The notes below the pieces were generated by a model. It was not told the DNA's origin. It saw only the letters and a program-made list of their open reading frames with translations, and ran no database searches. From contig DASRGZ010000030.1 of assembly GCA_035650735.1 (NCBI GenBank), positions 1-34,230 of the forward strand: a stretch of DNA of 34,230 nucleotides. Reading direction: 5' to 3'. This document shows, piece after piece, positions 16,367 to 24,993 of this stretch. Positions within the stretch are counted from its first letter, which is position 1. The number at the start of each line of letters is the position of its first letter. The stretch is from Chthonomonadaceae bacterium. Its GTDB lineage: Bacteria > Armatimonadota > Chthonomonadetes > Chthonomonadales > Chthonomonadaceae. Position numbers and translations under genes: made by a program.

Positions 16367-18334
16367 ATGAAGAATCAGTCGGAATGGACGATAAAAAAGG
16401 TGGATGAACGGTCGGTGACGGCTCTGGTACGTGGCTTAAACGTGCCCCGCGTTGCCGCTGCCACGTTTGCCGCACGCGGTTTGGACACGCCAGAGCGAGT
16501 GGCCGCGTTCGCATATATTGGCATGGAAGCTCTACACGACCCAATGCTCCTGCCTGATATGCCTCGTGCTGTCGAGCGCCTGAGCCGAGCCATAGATGCT
16601 GGGGAGCGAGTCCATATTCACGCAGACGCGGATGCCGATGGAATCACCGCGGCTGCTGTGCTGGTCGGTACTCTGCGTCGTCTGGGAGTACAGGTAACCT
16701 ACCAGATTGCCAGCCGCTACAAGAGCGGCTATGGGATCAAGGCTGGGGCGGTGCGCCACGCGCACTCTCAAGGTGTGCAAGTCTTCGTGGCCTTAGATAC
16801 TGGAACCAGCGACGTGGAGGCGGCGGAATGTGCGCGAGAGATCGGGCTCGATTTCATCATCGCTGACCATCACCAGCCGTCTACCGACCGTCGCCTGCCT
16901 TCTTCCACCGCCTTTGTCAATCCGCGCCGCTTAGACTCCCTCTACCCTTTCGCTTACTTATGCAGTGTCGGTATCGCGTACAAGATGATGCTGGCCCTGG
17001 CAGTTGAGCGCGGCCACTGCCCTGAGAAGGTAACGAACCACTTATGCGATCTCGCCGCGGTCGGCATCGTCTGTGATGCCGCTCCACTAACCGGGGAAAA
17101 TCGTGTCCTGGTTGCGATGGGGGCGGAACGGATTGCAGCGGGAAAGCGGGCAGGATTACAAGCACTTATGCGCGTGGCGGGTGTCAAGCAGGTGGATGCC
17201 CGAACTATCGGGTTCGGTCTGGGGCCACGGCTCAACGCAGCAGCCCGCCTGATGACGCCTAGCGTGGCCCTGGAACTCCTTCTGACGGATGATATGAGTC
17301 AGGCCATCCGTATCGCTGAACGTCTGGAGCAGGAATACCGTTGGCGACGAGCGCGCCAGGAGGCCATGCTACAAGAAGCTCTCGCGTGGATGACCGAAGG
17401 GGAAACCACAGCCGCTGTCCCCATTGTCCCAGTGGAAACCTGGCATCCAGGAGTTGCGAACCTGGCCGCGCGGCAGTTGATGGAACTGCTGGATCGGCCA
17501 GCGGTGGTTCTAACATCAGTGCCGGAAAAGGATGGCACGATTCGGGCCACCTGCCGCAGCAATGGCACTCTGGACATAATCGCTGCCCTGGACGCCCCCG
17601 GTTGTCGGGAACATCTCAGCAAGTGCGGAGGCAATGAGCGGGCCGCCTTCTTTGAGGCAAACGCGGAGACCATGCCGCTGGTAGCAGCACGACTGAACGC
17701 ACTGGCAGAGGCGGCTCCAGCGCGCGTTACGATGATAGACGCTCTCATTCGCCGCGAAGAGATTTCTGTCAGTACGATGGACGCGATCTCAAGGCTGGCT
17801 CCTTACGGCCAAGCAAACCCGGAACCGATATTCCTCGCTCAAGGGCTTGTCGTCCTCAGCACGCGCGCCTTTTCAAACAGGCGACACCTGGAACTCAGGT
17901 TGGAGGGAAGCTCGGAGCATCTGCCCTGCATCCGCGCAATCGGGTGGAACCGTGGCCGGGATGCTGAACGTTTCCCCCCTGGCTCGGCTGTGGATGCCGT
18001 GATCCGGCTTCGGGATAACCACTATGAGGGGCGGCGCTTTATTGAAGCCGTGATTGAGGACATTCGCTTGGCCGAGAGCCGTCCCGCCCGCCACCAACGC
18101 AACATCGCGCTGATCCAAAGTCCTACCAACGGCCATGATCGGCAAAACGGCCATCAAAAAGATGCAGGGGCGGTGCGGATGGGCTTTATCCCGCGTAAAG
18201 ACATGGTGCGGCAGGTCGCTAGAGGTTTGCGCCTCCAACGCAAGGGCTTTGCCTCTACCATCCCGCGCCCTCGCTTCCATCGGACGGATTTACGCAACCC
18301 TGCAGCTATTCCGAGCGTAGCCACCGCACCATAA
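16367..18334 (+). CDS. recJ: RecJ-like DHH-family ssDNA exonuclease (divergent)
   Basis: LHDP.LLPDM..AVER, DADADG, R..GYG, DTG, DHH, ENR, GPRLNAA.RL, LAPYGQANPEP, C-terminal OB-like region. SD AAGGAG spacing favours ATG 16367 over 16361. Confidence 0.85.
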   Translation: MKNQSEWTIKKVDERSVTALVRGLNVPRVAAATFAARGLDTPERVAAFAYIGMEALHDPMLLPDMPRAVERLSRAIDAGERVHIHADADADGITAAAVLVGTLRRLGVQVTYQIASRYKSGYGIKAGAVRHAHSQGVQVFVALDTGTSDVEAAECAREIGLDFIIADHHQPSTDRRLPSSTAFVNPRRLDSLYPFAYLCSVGIAYKMMLALAVERGHCPEKVTNHLCDLAAVGIVCDAAPLTGENRVLVAMGAERIAAGKRAGLQALMRVAGVKQVDARTIGFGLGPRLNAAARLMTPSVALELLLTDDMSQAIRIAERLEQEYRWRRARQEAMLQEALAWMTEGETTAAVPIVPVETWHPGVANLAARQLMELLDRPAVVLTSVPEKDGTIRATCRSNGTLDIIAALDAPGCREHLSKCGGNERAAFFEANAETMPLVAARLNALAEAAPARVTMIDALIRREEISVSTMDAISRLAPYGQANPEPIFLAQGLVVLSTRAFSNRRHLELRLEGSSEHLPCIRAIGWNRGRDAERFPPGSAVDAVIRLRDNHYEGRRFIEAVIEDIRLAESRPARHQRNIALIQSPTNGHDRQNGHQKDAGAVRMGFIPRKDMVRQVARGLRLQRKGFASTIPRPRFHRTDLRNPAAIPSVATAP

Positions 18335-18355
18335 ATCAACAGATTCTCTCCAAAG

Positions 18356-18392
18356 CAACAAGCCGACGATTCTCTAGTTCGTCGGCTTGTTG
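18356..18392. terminator. Intrinsic terminator between convergent recJ and xis-like genes
   Basis: CAACAAGCCGACGA...TCGTCGGCTTGTTG 14-bp stem; a second hairpin CCGCTGG/CCAGCGG follows. Confidence 0.75.
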
Positions 18393-18454
18393 TTGGTCTT
18401 GCCCGCTGGATTCCACCAGCGGCGCGCCATGATTTCAGGAGCCATACACCCAGA

Positions 18455-18682
18455 TCAAGAGCATCGGCCAGAGTTCTCTGTCCCGCCCACCTGAGTGGGT
18501 TGACTGTGCGTTATAAGGGCGTCCAGGCTGGCGCGAGCAATGCGGACGGCATCCGATGTTATACGCACGGCGGGTAATCGGTCGTCGGCAATCATGCGGC
18601 GGATAGTGCGCTCCGACACGGAAAGTAGCCGGGCTGCCTCGGCGACCGACACCAACAGGGTTTCACTGGACTGAATTGGCAT
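18455..18682 (-). CDS. Excisionase-like HTH_17 protein (possible recombination directionality factor)
   Basis: LLVSVAEAARLLSVSERTIRRMI..RLPAVRI...VRI....LDA; SD AAGGAGAG. Confidence 0.85.
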   Translation of the reverse strand: MPIQSSETLLVSVAEAARLLSVSERTIRRMIADDRLPAVRITSDAVRIARASLDALITHSQPTQVGGTENSGRCS

Positions 18683-18884
18683 GGATGTTCTCTCCTTGAG
18701 CCTGCCGATCTATAGCGGCCCGATAAGTTCCTTCTGTGCCTGGGAAGGATTTACCTGCAAAAGCCGCCTCAGTTCTTCTGTCCCAAAACAATGTGATACA
18801 AGGCGCTTACGGGGGAGGTTCCAACCTCAGAAACCTTGAAAGACCCTTGTGGAACTTGATAATAAATGACAGGAGGCAACGCTA

Positions 18885-18913
18885 TTGAATAATCATTGTC
18901 ATTGTGGTACAAT
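18885..18913 (+). promoter_or_regulatory. Sigma70 promoter for the serine recombinase
   Basis: TTGAAT-17-TACAAT with extended -10 TG. Confidence 0.65.
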
Positions 18914-18980
18914 GTGGGTCGCCGAGTGTCTATCCAAGTCCATCAAGGCCGCGTGCCAATGGAAGGAGACCAGATAACAA

Positions 18981-20717
18981 ATGATACAAGCCGAGTTTGT
19001 CCCCTGGGCCGAGTTGGGGAGCGCAGAACGACAGGCTGAAATAGAGCGCCTCCAGGCTGACATGGCAGCCAATGTGAGCAAACGTGAGGGCATCCGGGAA
19101 GAGCGCCGCCCGAAGGGGCGGCTCCGCTATCCTCCACTTGATCCCCAGGAGCTATGGGCAGAATTCGAGCGCAAGACAGCGGGCGGACGCAAAGTCCAGA
19201 TACGCTGGTGGCGAGAAAGCGACGAGGCGCTACTTGAAGGTGAGGCGGTGGAAGAGCATATCCGCGCCGTCACCGTGTTTTGCCAGACCCACAGGCCCGC
19301 ACAGGAGAATGAGAATTATTTTTGGGCATACGAAGTCTGCTCCGGCTTGGCGTCTACGCGGCCAATCGGGGACGTGATTGTGGACATGATTTCCACCAGT
19401 AAAGTGGCTTCTCTTATAGTACCCCGCAAAGACCGCTGGAACCGCAACGTCGAGTTCAACGCGCGCTCAAGACGCGCGATTGTCGAAACGGAGACCGACC
19501 TATGCAGCGTCATGGAAAACGTGGACATCACCACTCCCGCAGGCCGTCTTTTTGATACGATACTGACGGCCATCGCGCAATTCGATGCCGAGATGTCCAA
19601 AATGCGGATGTATGCAGGGCGAGTAGGAGCCATCCGCAACAGGGGGATGTACTTTGGTGGAGAACCACCGGTTGGATACCGCCCCATCACCTATCGCCCA
19701 CGGGGGCAACGCGGTCAGTTGGAAATATGCGAAACCGAGGCTCCACTGGTGGGAATGATATTCTGGCTGCGCTCGCTTGGTTATCGTCCTCACCCCATCG
19801 CTGATTGGCTCAATCGTCAAGGATTTAAGACGCGCAAGGGAAAGCGGTGGACGTGGCAGCAAGTGCAACGCATACTGGAGCGAGAGGCGCAATATCGGGC
19901 AGAGGCTCTCTGGAACCATGTAGATGGCGCACCGGAGGCGATACTGCACCAGCCTATCCTTCCGCACCGTAGTGATCCAGCCACACGCATTTACGTTGAA
20001 GGAGGATATGTGATTGGCACCAGTGAACGCCATCAGCAGACGCGCCGCCCGATCTGGAAGAAAATCGAAACGAACTCCCCTGTACCCTACCGAGGAGTTG
20101 ACCTCATTATCCCAGATGATCCGACACAAGAGCCGCAGCGTATCCGCCTCCGAGGGCGCAGGAAAGCGGAGAACCTGACGCGAGACCAGGCTCGAATGTT
20201 GTTGATGCTCTATCGTCTGGTGGACGCTGGACGCAACGACTATCAGATCGCCAAGACCATGAACGAGGCTGCTCTTAGTACCCTGCTCGGCAAAATGTGG
20301 ACGCCGCGTGCCGTGACGTACTACAGGGGCGACAAAGCCCGTGGACACTACGAGCGTATCATCAAGGAGATGGGTGTCACTGGGATGATCCTGCCCACCA
20401 ATGCAGATCGAATCGTCTCTCTGGAAGAAGAAAAGGCTCGTTACCTAGAGGGCAAACAGCGCGAGGAGGAGGCTGTCGCGATGATAAAGCGTCTTCGAGA
20501 GGAAAACCCGAAAATGCCTCTGCGCCAGATCGCGACCGCTGTAAACGAGGCTGGTCTGCTCACGGCAAACGGTTGCCAGTGGTATCCTGCGGGGGTCAGC
20601 AGAGTATTCCAGGGAAAACAACGTGCGGTAGAGATGGTCAGGCGCGCCAGGCGTCTGCTGGCCGAACACGTTCATGAGGATGGAACGGTAGACGGCCCAT
20701 TCAAGATGGCGATGTAG
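18981..20717 (+). CDS. Serine recombinase with extended C-terminus (three recombinase-type HTH repeats)
   Basis: WWRES (YxRxS equivalent), EVCSG...RP, DRWNRN, DITTPAGRL...L.AIAQFD, G..FGG.PP.GY; three IA..[LMV]N......T..G..W motifs. Confidence 0.85.
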   Translation: MIQAEFVPWAELGSAERQAEIERLQADMAANVSKREGIREERRPKGRLRYPPLDPQELWAEFERKTAGGRKVQIRWWRESDEALLEGEAVEEHIRAVTVFCQTHRPAQENENYFWAYEVCSGLASTRPIGDVIVDMISTSKVASLIVPRKDRWNRNVEFNARSRRAIVETETDLCSVMENVDITTPAGRLFDTILTAIAQFDAEMSKMRMYAGRVGAIRNRGMYFGGEPPVGYRPITYRPRGQRGQLEICETEAPLVGMIFWLRSLGYRPHPIADWLNRQGFKTRKGKRWTWQQVQRILEREAQYRAEALWNHVDGAPEAILHQPILPHRSDPATRIYVEGGYVIGTSERHQQTRRPIWKKIETNSPVPYRGVDLIIPDDPTQEPQRIRLRGRRKAENLTRDQARMLLMLYRLVDAGRNDYQIAKTMNEAALSTLLGKMWTPRAVTYYRGDKARGHYERIIKEMGVTGMILPTNADRIVSLEEEKARYLEGKQREEEAVAMIKRLREENPKMPLRQIATAVNEAGLLTANGCQWYPAGVSRVFQGKQRAVEMVRRARRLLAEHVHEDGTVDGPFKMAM

Positions 20718-20721
20718 CTTG

Positions 20722-23700
20722 TCATGCCCGAACGGTTACTCTCCATCGCGGATCGTTAAGGGCTGCGTCCAGACCGCTGGGCAGGTTGATTCGATCCTGA
20801 ACCTGTCGCGGTGTCAGGCGTTTGACGAACATCTCCGCATCGGCGATAACTGTCGTGGGCCAGGTTGGATACCCATTGAGCCGATGAAGCGCTTCCTGGA
20901 AGCGACCATCCTGTCGGCTCTCTCGCTGAACTTGCCGGTAGAAGATGGTGTTCAAGTCCCCCTTACCGAAACACCGCAGGGTACGTGCCAGTTCGCGCAG
21001 CAGGCGTGCTTGCGCTGATGCGCGCTGACTCTCCACCCCGGCGCACTCGGCTATCCGTGCTGCCTCTTCCATCTGCTCCACACGAGATCGGGCCGCTGCC
21101 TGGGCTTCATTCTGTGCCTTGACTATCGCCGCAGGTGATGGAGCCGCACCATCCCAAGCGGCCAGATGCTCCTTCAACGCGGAGCAGGATGCGACCGGGA
21201 TAGCCCGCTCTCCTTCCACCCAGCGCGCCTCCACGCACCGGAACGCGCCACAGGCGTACTCGGCCAGAACGAGAGGCACTCGGCTCGCAGGTAGCGGCAG
21301 CCGTTCCGCCAAGCGGCGCGTTAAATCACTTCCCAAATGCAGAGGCGCGAGGGCTGGGTCACGTTCCAACGCTTCTCGATTTAGACTCGCAGAGATGGAA
21401 TGCCGCTCTACCCCCGTCAGTTTCCAAGTACGTTGCGTTTTGTCCGGGATCGCGCGTATTCGCCCACCTGCTACTGTGAGTCGTTGCAGCGCGGTGACAA
21501 TATCTTCACGGGTGGCCGGTGGCGTTACAGTGGGGATGGTGGCGGCATCAGACGGCACGAACGCGCTGCCGACCGCCTGATCCGATTCGGCTCGCCGAGC
21601 CTCCTCCTCCATGTGCCGGATGAAGACATCGGCGTCCTCGCGTCGAAGGTAACCACGCAGAGCGTCGCGGGCGAGTGCCAAGACTGGCTGCATTCGCCCA
21701 ACGAAATGCTCGAATAAACCACACCGATGGCGGAGGGCCTGGTAGACGCGCATATCCACGCTATCGTTGAGAAAGAGGTTGCGAATCGGCAACACGGATT
21801 GCACCTGTCCAATGCGGTCTATACGCCCGATGCGCTGCTCGACTTTCGCCGGGACGAAAGGTAGGGAGTAGTTGATAAGGGCGCTTGCTGCCTGGAGGTT
21901 CAGACCTTCCGAGGCCGCGTCCGTGCAGAGCAGCACTCGCAGCCAACCTTCTTCCAGGCGGCGGGTGATCTCCGCTTTGGAGACGACCTGCCAACCCTGC
22001 CCATCCCATATCTGGCCTCCGCCCCCACTGTAGCACCCAAGAGTAGTGCCATAGAGAGGCCGTAGTTGATCGCGCAGGTAGGTCATGGTGTCGGAGAATT
22101 CATCGAAGACGAGCGCCGCGCGACCATCGTCAGTAATCTCCTGGAGAAGACTACAAAATCGCGCCAGTTTGCTGTCGGTCACACCGAGGGCTGTCAACCG
22201 GGCCAGGAGCGCTTCCACCTCCGTCTTCTCCGCTTCCGCCTCTTTCGGACTGGACGGCAGCGCCGGGTCAATCCGATCTCCCGCCTCATCGTCGCTTAGG
22301 TCGGCAGGCTCTATGCCGACCTCTTCTGCCGTCAGGAAAAGCCCGATGTGCTGTCGCCGGATCACCCGCTCCAGTCCCTCCAATCGCCGTTCCAGGCTCC
22401 TACGCAGGGCATAAGGGGAACTCGCCGCCCGACGACGGTAAACGGTCATCACAAACCCTTTACCGGGCTTTTCATGCTCCAGTTGATCGAAACGGGCGTC
22501 AATATATCGCTCGATGGACTCATAGACTTTCCTCTCTGCCGGATCGTCATAGTCATAGAGTACATCGTCCACCTGTCGGCGTGGAGGCGGGGTCGCGAGG
22601 AGACCCTGCGCGTAGTATTGACGGAGGGTATCGCGCGTGTTGCGATGCATACGCCTGCCAAGCGGCGCGCCCCGGCGAAGCCAGTCGGCATACCGCTTCT
22701 GCACGCTCGGAACAGCAAAGGCCAGGGAGTTAAAGTTACCAGGAAGACCTGGCGGTGCAGATGGAAACTCGGCATCATTTTTCACAAGATGGGCAATCTT
22801 TTGTGCGGCAGGAGGGCCGATGCTCCCTTTCGCCAACTCCGCGATTCCATCATAGTATGCGCGGAGGTCGGCAAAATCCACCAACCATTCGCCCCCAACG
22901 CCAAGCGTGCCGAGTAAATCCCAGGGTTCCCACGGATGGGTCTGCATCGGCGTGGCGCTCAAGAGCAAGATACCGCGGGCCCGTCGCCGTAACTGCATCT
23001 CCCTCAGAAGTTGAAGCAGGAGGTTGGCGGAATTAAAGCCGCCTTCTTCTGCCGTGCTACGCCGGGCCGCGTGCGCTTCGTCCATAGCCACTAAATCCCA
23101 GGCAGGTGCGGCCAGCACGGTTTGGGCATTGCCATCCAGACGCGCCCACTCCCGACTCAATAGCAGCAGCGGCTGACTCGCCAACGCCTCCGTTACTTCC
23201 ATCTTCTGCTTCGTGCCATCCGGCAGGTACAATACGCCACTTTCCCAGCGGGGTACCAGGAGGCTGCCCTTCTCCCTCAATTCATCTTGCCACTGCGAGA
23301 GCAGACCCGCGGGGACAAGGAGAAGCGCGCGTTTGACACCACGTCCGCAGAGGAGCCGTCGCAAGACCATCAACAGTTCCACGGTCTTGCCCATGCCCAC
23401 CTCATCGCAGAGGAGCCGCCCCGCAGGGTAAGCGCGTGCCGTGTCGTCCACCACCCGCTTCTGATGAGGCCAGAGGTCAACTGGCGCGGTTGCGTCGCAG
23501 GTGTATTCGCCGTTGGGAAGGTAGGGAGCGGCTGCGAGAAAATGCCAGAACATGGCTGTCTCCAGCAACGCCCGATCCTGCTTTAACTCCACAGGCGGTG
23601 TTTTCGGAGCCTCTTTGAGAAGCCGCAGTCGCACCGCATCCGGGAGGGCGATAGTGGTCACATAGGGATCGCGGTCAGCCCACAATGCCTCAAATCGGCC

Positions 23701-24309
23701 CGCATACCGCTCCACAAATTCGGAATCCTCCCACGACGGGCGCACTTCCAACTCCTCGTAATTCTCGGTCAGCGACGCCCCGGTCTCGTTATCGCTCCCC
23801 ATATAGGCCAGCCGGTCGCCGTTGAGATCGGTGACCACCCCGAACTTCGCATGGGCAATCCCCTGCGTATGGCGCATAATCCCGACACGCACCTCCATAA
23901 ATCCGCTTGCGACAAGCCAGGTCAGCATCTCCAGGCGATTCTTCTCCAGGGCATCGGCGGGGGTTTTGAACTGTTTGAGGAGTTTGTCTATGAGGCGGCT
24001 CTGGTCGCCGGTCGCCAAGAGCGCCTTGAGGTCGGCGGGGTCTAACTGCTCGTTGACAATCAGGCGAGCAGCGGGGCGTGGAGCTTGGTCACCCAATGTG
24101 AGTAGGTTCTGAATAAAGCCGCCGAAGCCGCGCGCCGCAGTGGACAGCACACGACTGGAGAAGTAGGCGCAGCAGCGGTCGTATCGCACTGCGCGGCTCA
24201 GTGCAGGCGTGTAGAGGTCGTCCACCAGTTGCGCGTCGGGTGCGTGGAGGAAACGCTTCCAATTGAGAGCCCGTAGGCTTAGCTCAGATTTGGGGCAGGT
24301 CGTCTTCAT
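20722..24309 (-). CDS. PLD-like nuclease / SNF2-family helicase fusion
   Basis: HAKFG...D and GS.NET (HKD-like); LLCDEVGMGKT, DEAH, LSATP, SEGLNLQ, EQRIGRIDRIGQ. Confidence 0.9.
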   Translation of the reverse strand: MKTTCPKSELSLRALNWKRFLHAPDAQLVDDLYTPALSRAVRYDRCCAYFSSRVLSTAARGFGGFIQNLLTLGDQAPRPAARLIVNEQLDPADLKALLATGDQSRLIDKLLKQFKTPADALEKNRLEMLTWLVASGFMEVRVGIMRHTQGIAHAKFGVVTDLNGDRLAYMGSDNETGASLTENYEELEVRPSWEDSEFVERYAGRFEALWADRDPYVTTIALPDAVRLRLLKEAPKTPPVELKQDRALLETAMFWHFLAAAPYLPNGEYTCDATAPVDLWPHQKRVVDDTARAYPAGRLLCDEVGMGKTVELLMVLRRLLCGRGVKRALLLVPAGLLSQWQDELREKGSLLVPRWESGVLYLPDGTKQKMEVTEALASQPLLLLSREWARLDGNAQTVLAAPAWDLVAMDEAHAARRSTAEEGGFNSANLLLQLLREMQLRRRARGILLLSATPMQTHPWEPWDLLGTLGVGGEWLVDFADLRAYYDGIAELAKGSIGPPAAQKIAHLVKNDAEFPSAPPGLPGNFNSLAFAVPSVQKRYADWLRRGAPLGRRMHRNTRDTLRQYYAQGLLATPPPRRQVDDVLYDYDDPAERKVYESIERYIDARFDQLEHEKPGKGFVMTVYRRRAASSPYALRRSLERRLEGLERVIRRQHIGLFLTAEEVGIEPADLSDDEAGDRIDPALPSSPKEAEAEKTEVEALLARLTALGVTDSKLARFCSLLQEITDDGRAALVFDEFSDTMTYLRDQLRPLYGTTLGCYSGGGGQIWDGQGWQVVSKAEITRRLEEGWLRVLLCTDAASEGLNLQAASALINYSLPFVPAKVEQRIGRIDRIGQVQSVLPIRNLFLNDSVDMRVYQALRHRCGLFEHFVGRMQPVLALARDALRGYLRREDADVFIRHMEEEARRAESDQAVGSAFVPSDAATIPTVTPPATREDIVTALQRLTVAGGRIRAIPDKTQRTWKLTGVERHSISASLNREALERDPALAPLHLGSDLTRRLAERLPLPASRVPLVLAEYACGAFRCVEARWVEGERAIPVASCSALKEHLAAWDGAAPSPAAIVKAQNEAQAAARSRVEQMEEAARIAECAGVESQRASAQARLLRELARTLRCFGKGDLNTIFYRQVQRESRQDGRFQEALHRLNGYPTWPTTVIADAEMFVKRLTPRQVQDRINLPSGLDAALNDPRWRVTVRA

Positions 24310-24314
24310 CAGGA

Positions 24315-24980
24315 TCAGGCGGGCGTTTTGGCTGCGATTGGCCCTATGAGCAGGTACCGGAAGCGGCCACCGGGCAAACTCGACACGGTTGAGTAGTCAT
24401 GCCAGGAGAGCACATATTCGTTGCGCAGGGCGAGGCAGGACTCCCGCCCCCTGATGGTACCGTGAGACGCTCCCTCACCCCAGGCCAATGTCCCCGATAG
24501 GGAGCGGTTTTCGTGCATACGAAAGGCATTCTTAAAGCAATTCCGCTCATGGCGGGGCGGTTGCCAATAGATCGGATCGTTCGTCAGAACACAGGCGTAG
24601 CCAGTGATGTCTGATTTCGCAGCGGAAATACGCTCCAACCGGACAACATCTTTGAGGACATCGTAGGAGCGAACGTCGTCCGCTCCGTGGTTTTTCAAAT
24701 CGAATGCTTCGCCATTCACTTCGGCTTTCAAGCCTTTGGTCAAATACTTCACCTCGATGCCGGACGTGACTCCTTCCATTTTCAGCCAGATGTCCACGTA
24801 TGCCAAACCGCACGCCAGAGGGCCGTCTTGCGGAAGTTCGACGCGGTATTCCAAACGCACGGAGGCAGTCGGATAGTCCTCCTGTAATCTCCAGGCGAGC
24901 GCGTGCTGGAAGTCGGCTTCTGAGTGGAACACTGGACGCTCCGTAGCAAGGCGTTTCAACAGGTTGTGGAAGTCAAGCAT
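24315..24980 (-). CDS. Putative PD-(D/E)xK nuclease-fold protein
   Basis: FHSEADFQHALAW helix, LEY, VDIW, IEVKY, KD..RLE; SD GGAGAG before ATG 24980. Confidence 0.6.
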   Translation of the reverse strand: MLDFHNLLKRLATERPVFHSEADFQHALAWRLQEDYPTASVRLEYRVELPQDGPLACGLAYVDIWLKMEGVTSGIEVKYLTKGLKAEVNGEAFDLKNHGADDVRSYDVLKDVVRLERISAAKSDITGYACVLTNDPIYWQPPRHERNCFKNAFRMHENRSLSGTLAWGEGASHGTIRGRESCLALRNEYVLSWHDYSTVSSLPGGRFRYLLIGPIAAKTPA

Positions 24981-24993
24981 CGCCGCTCTCCGT

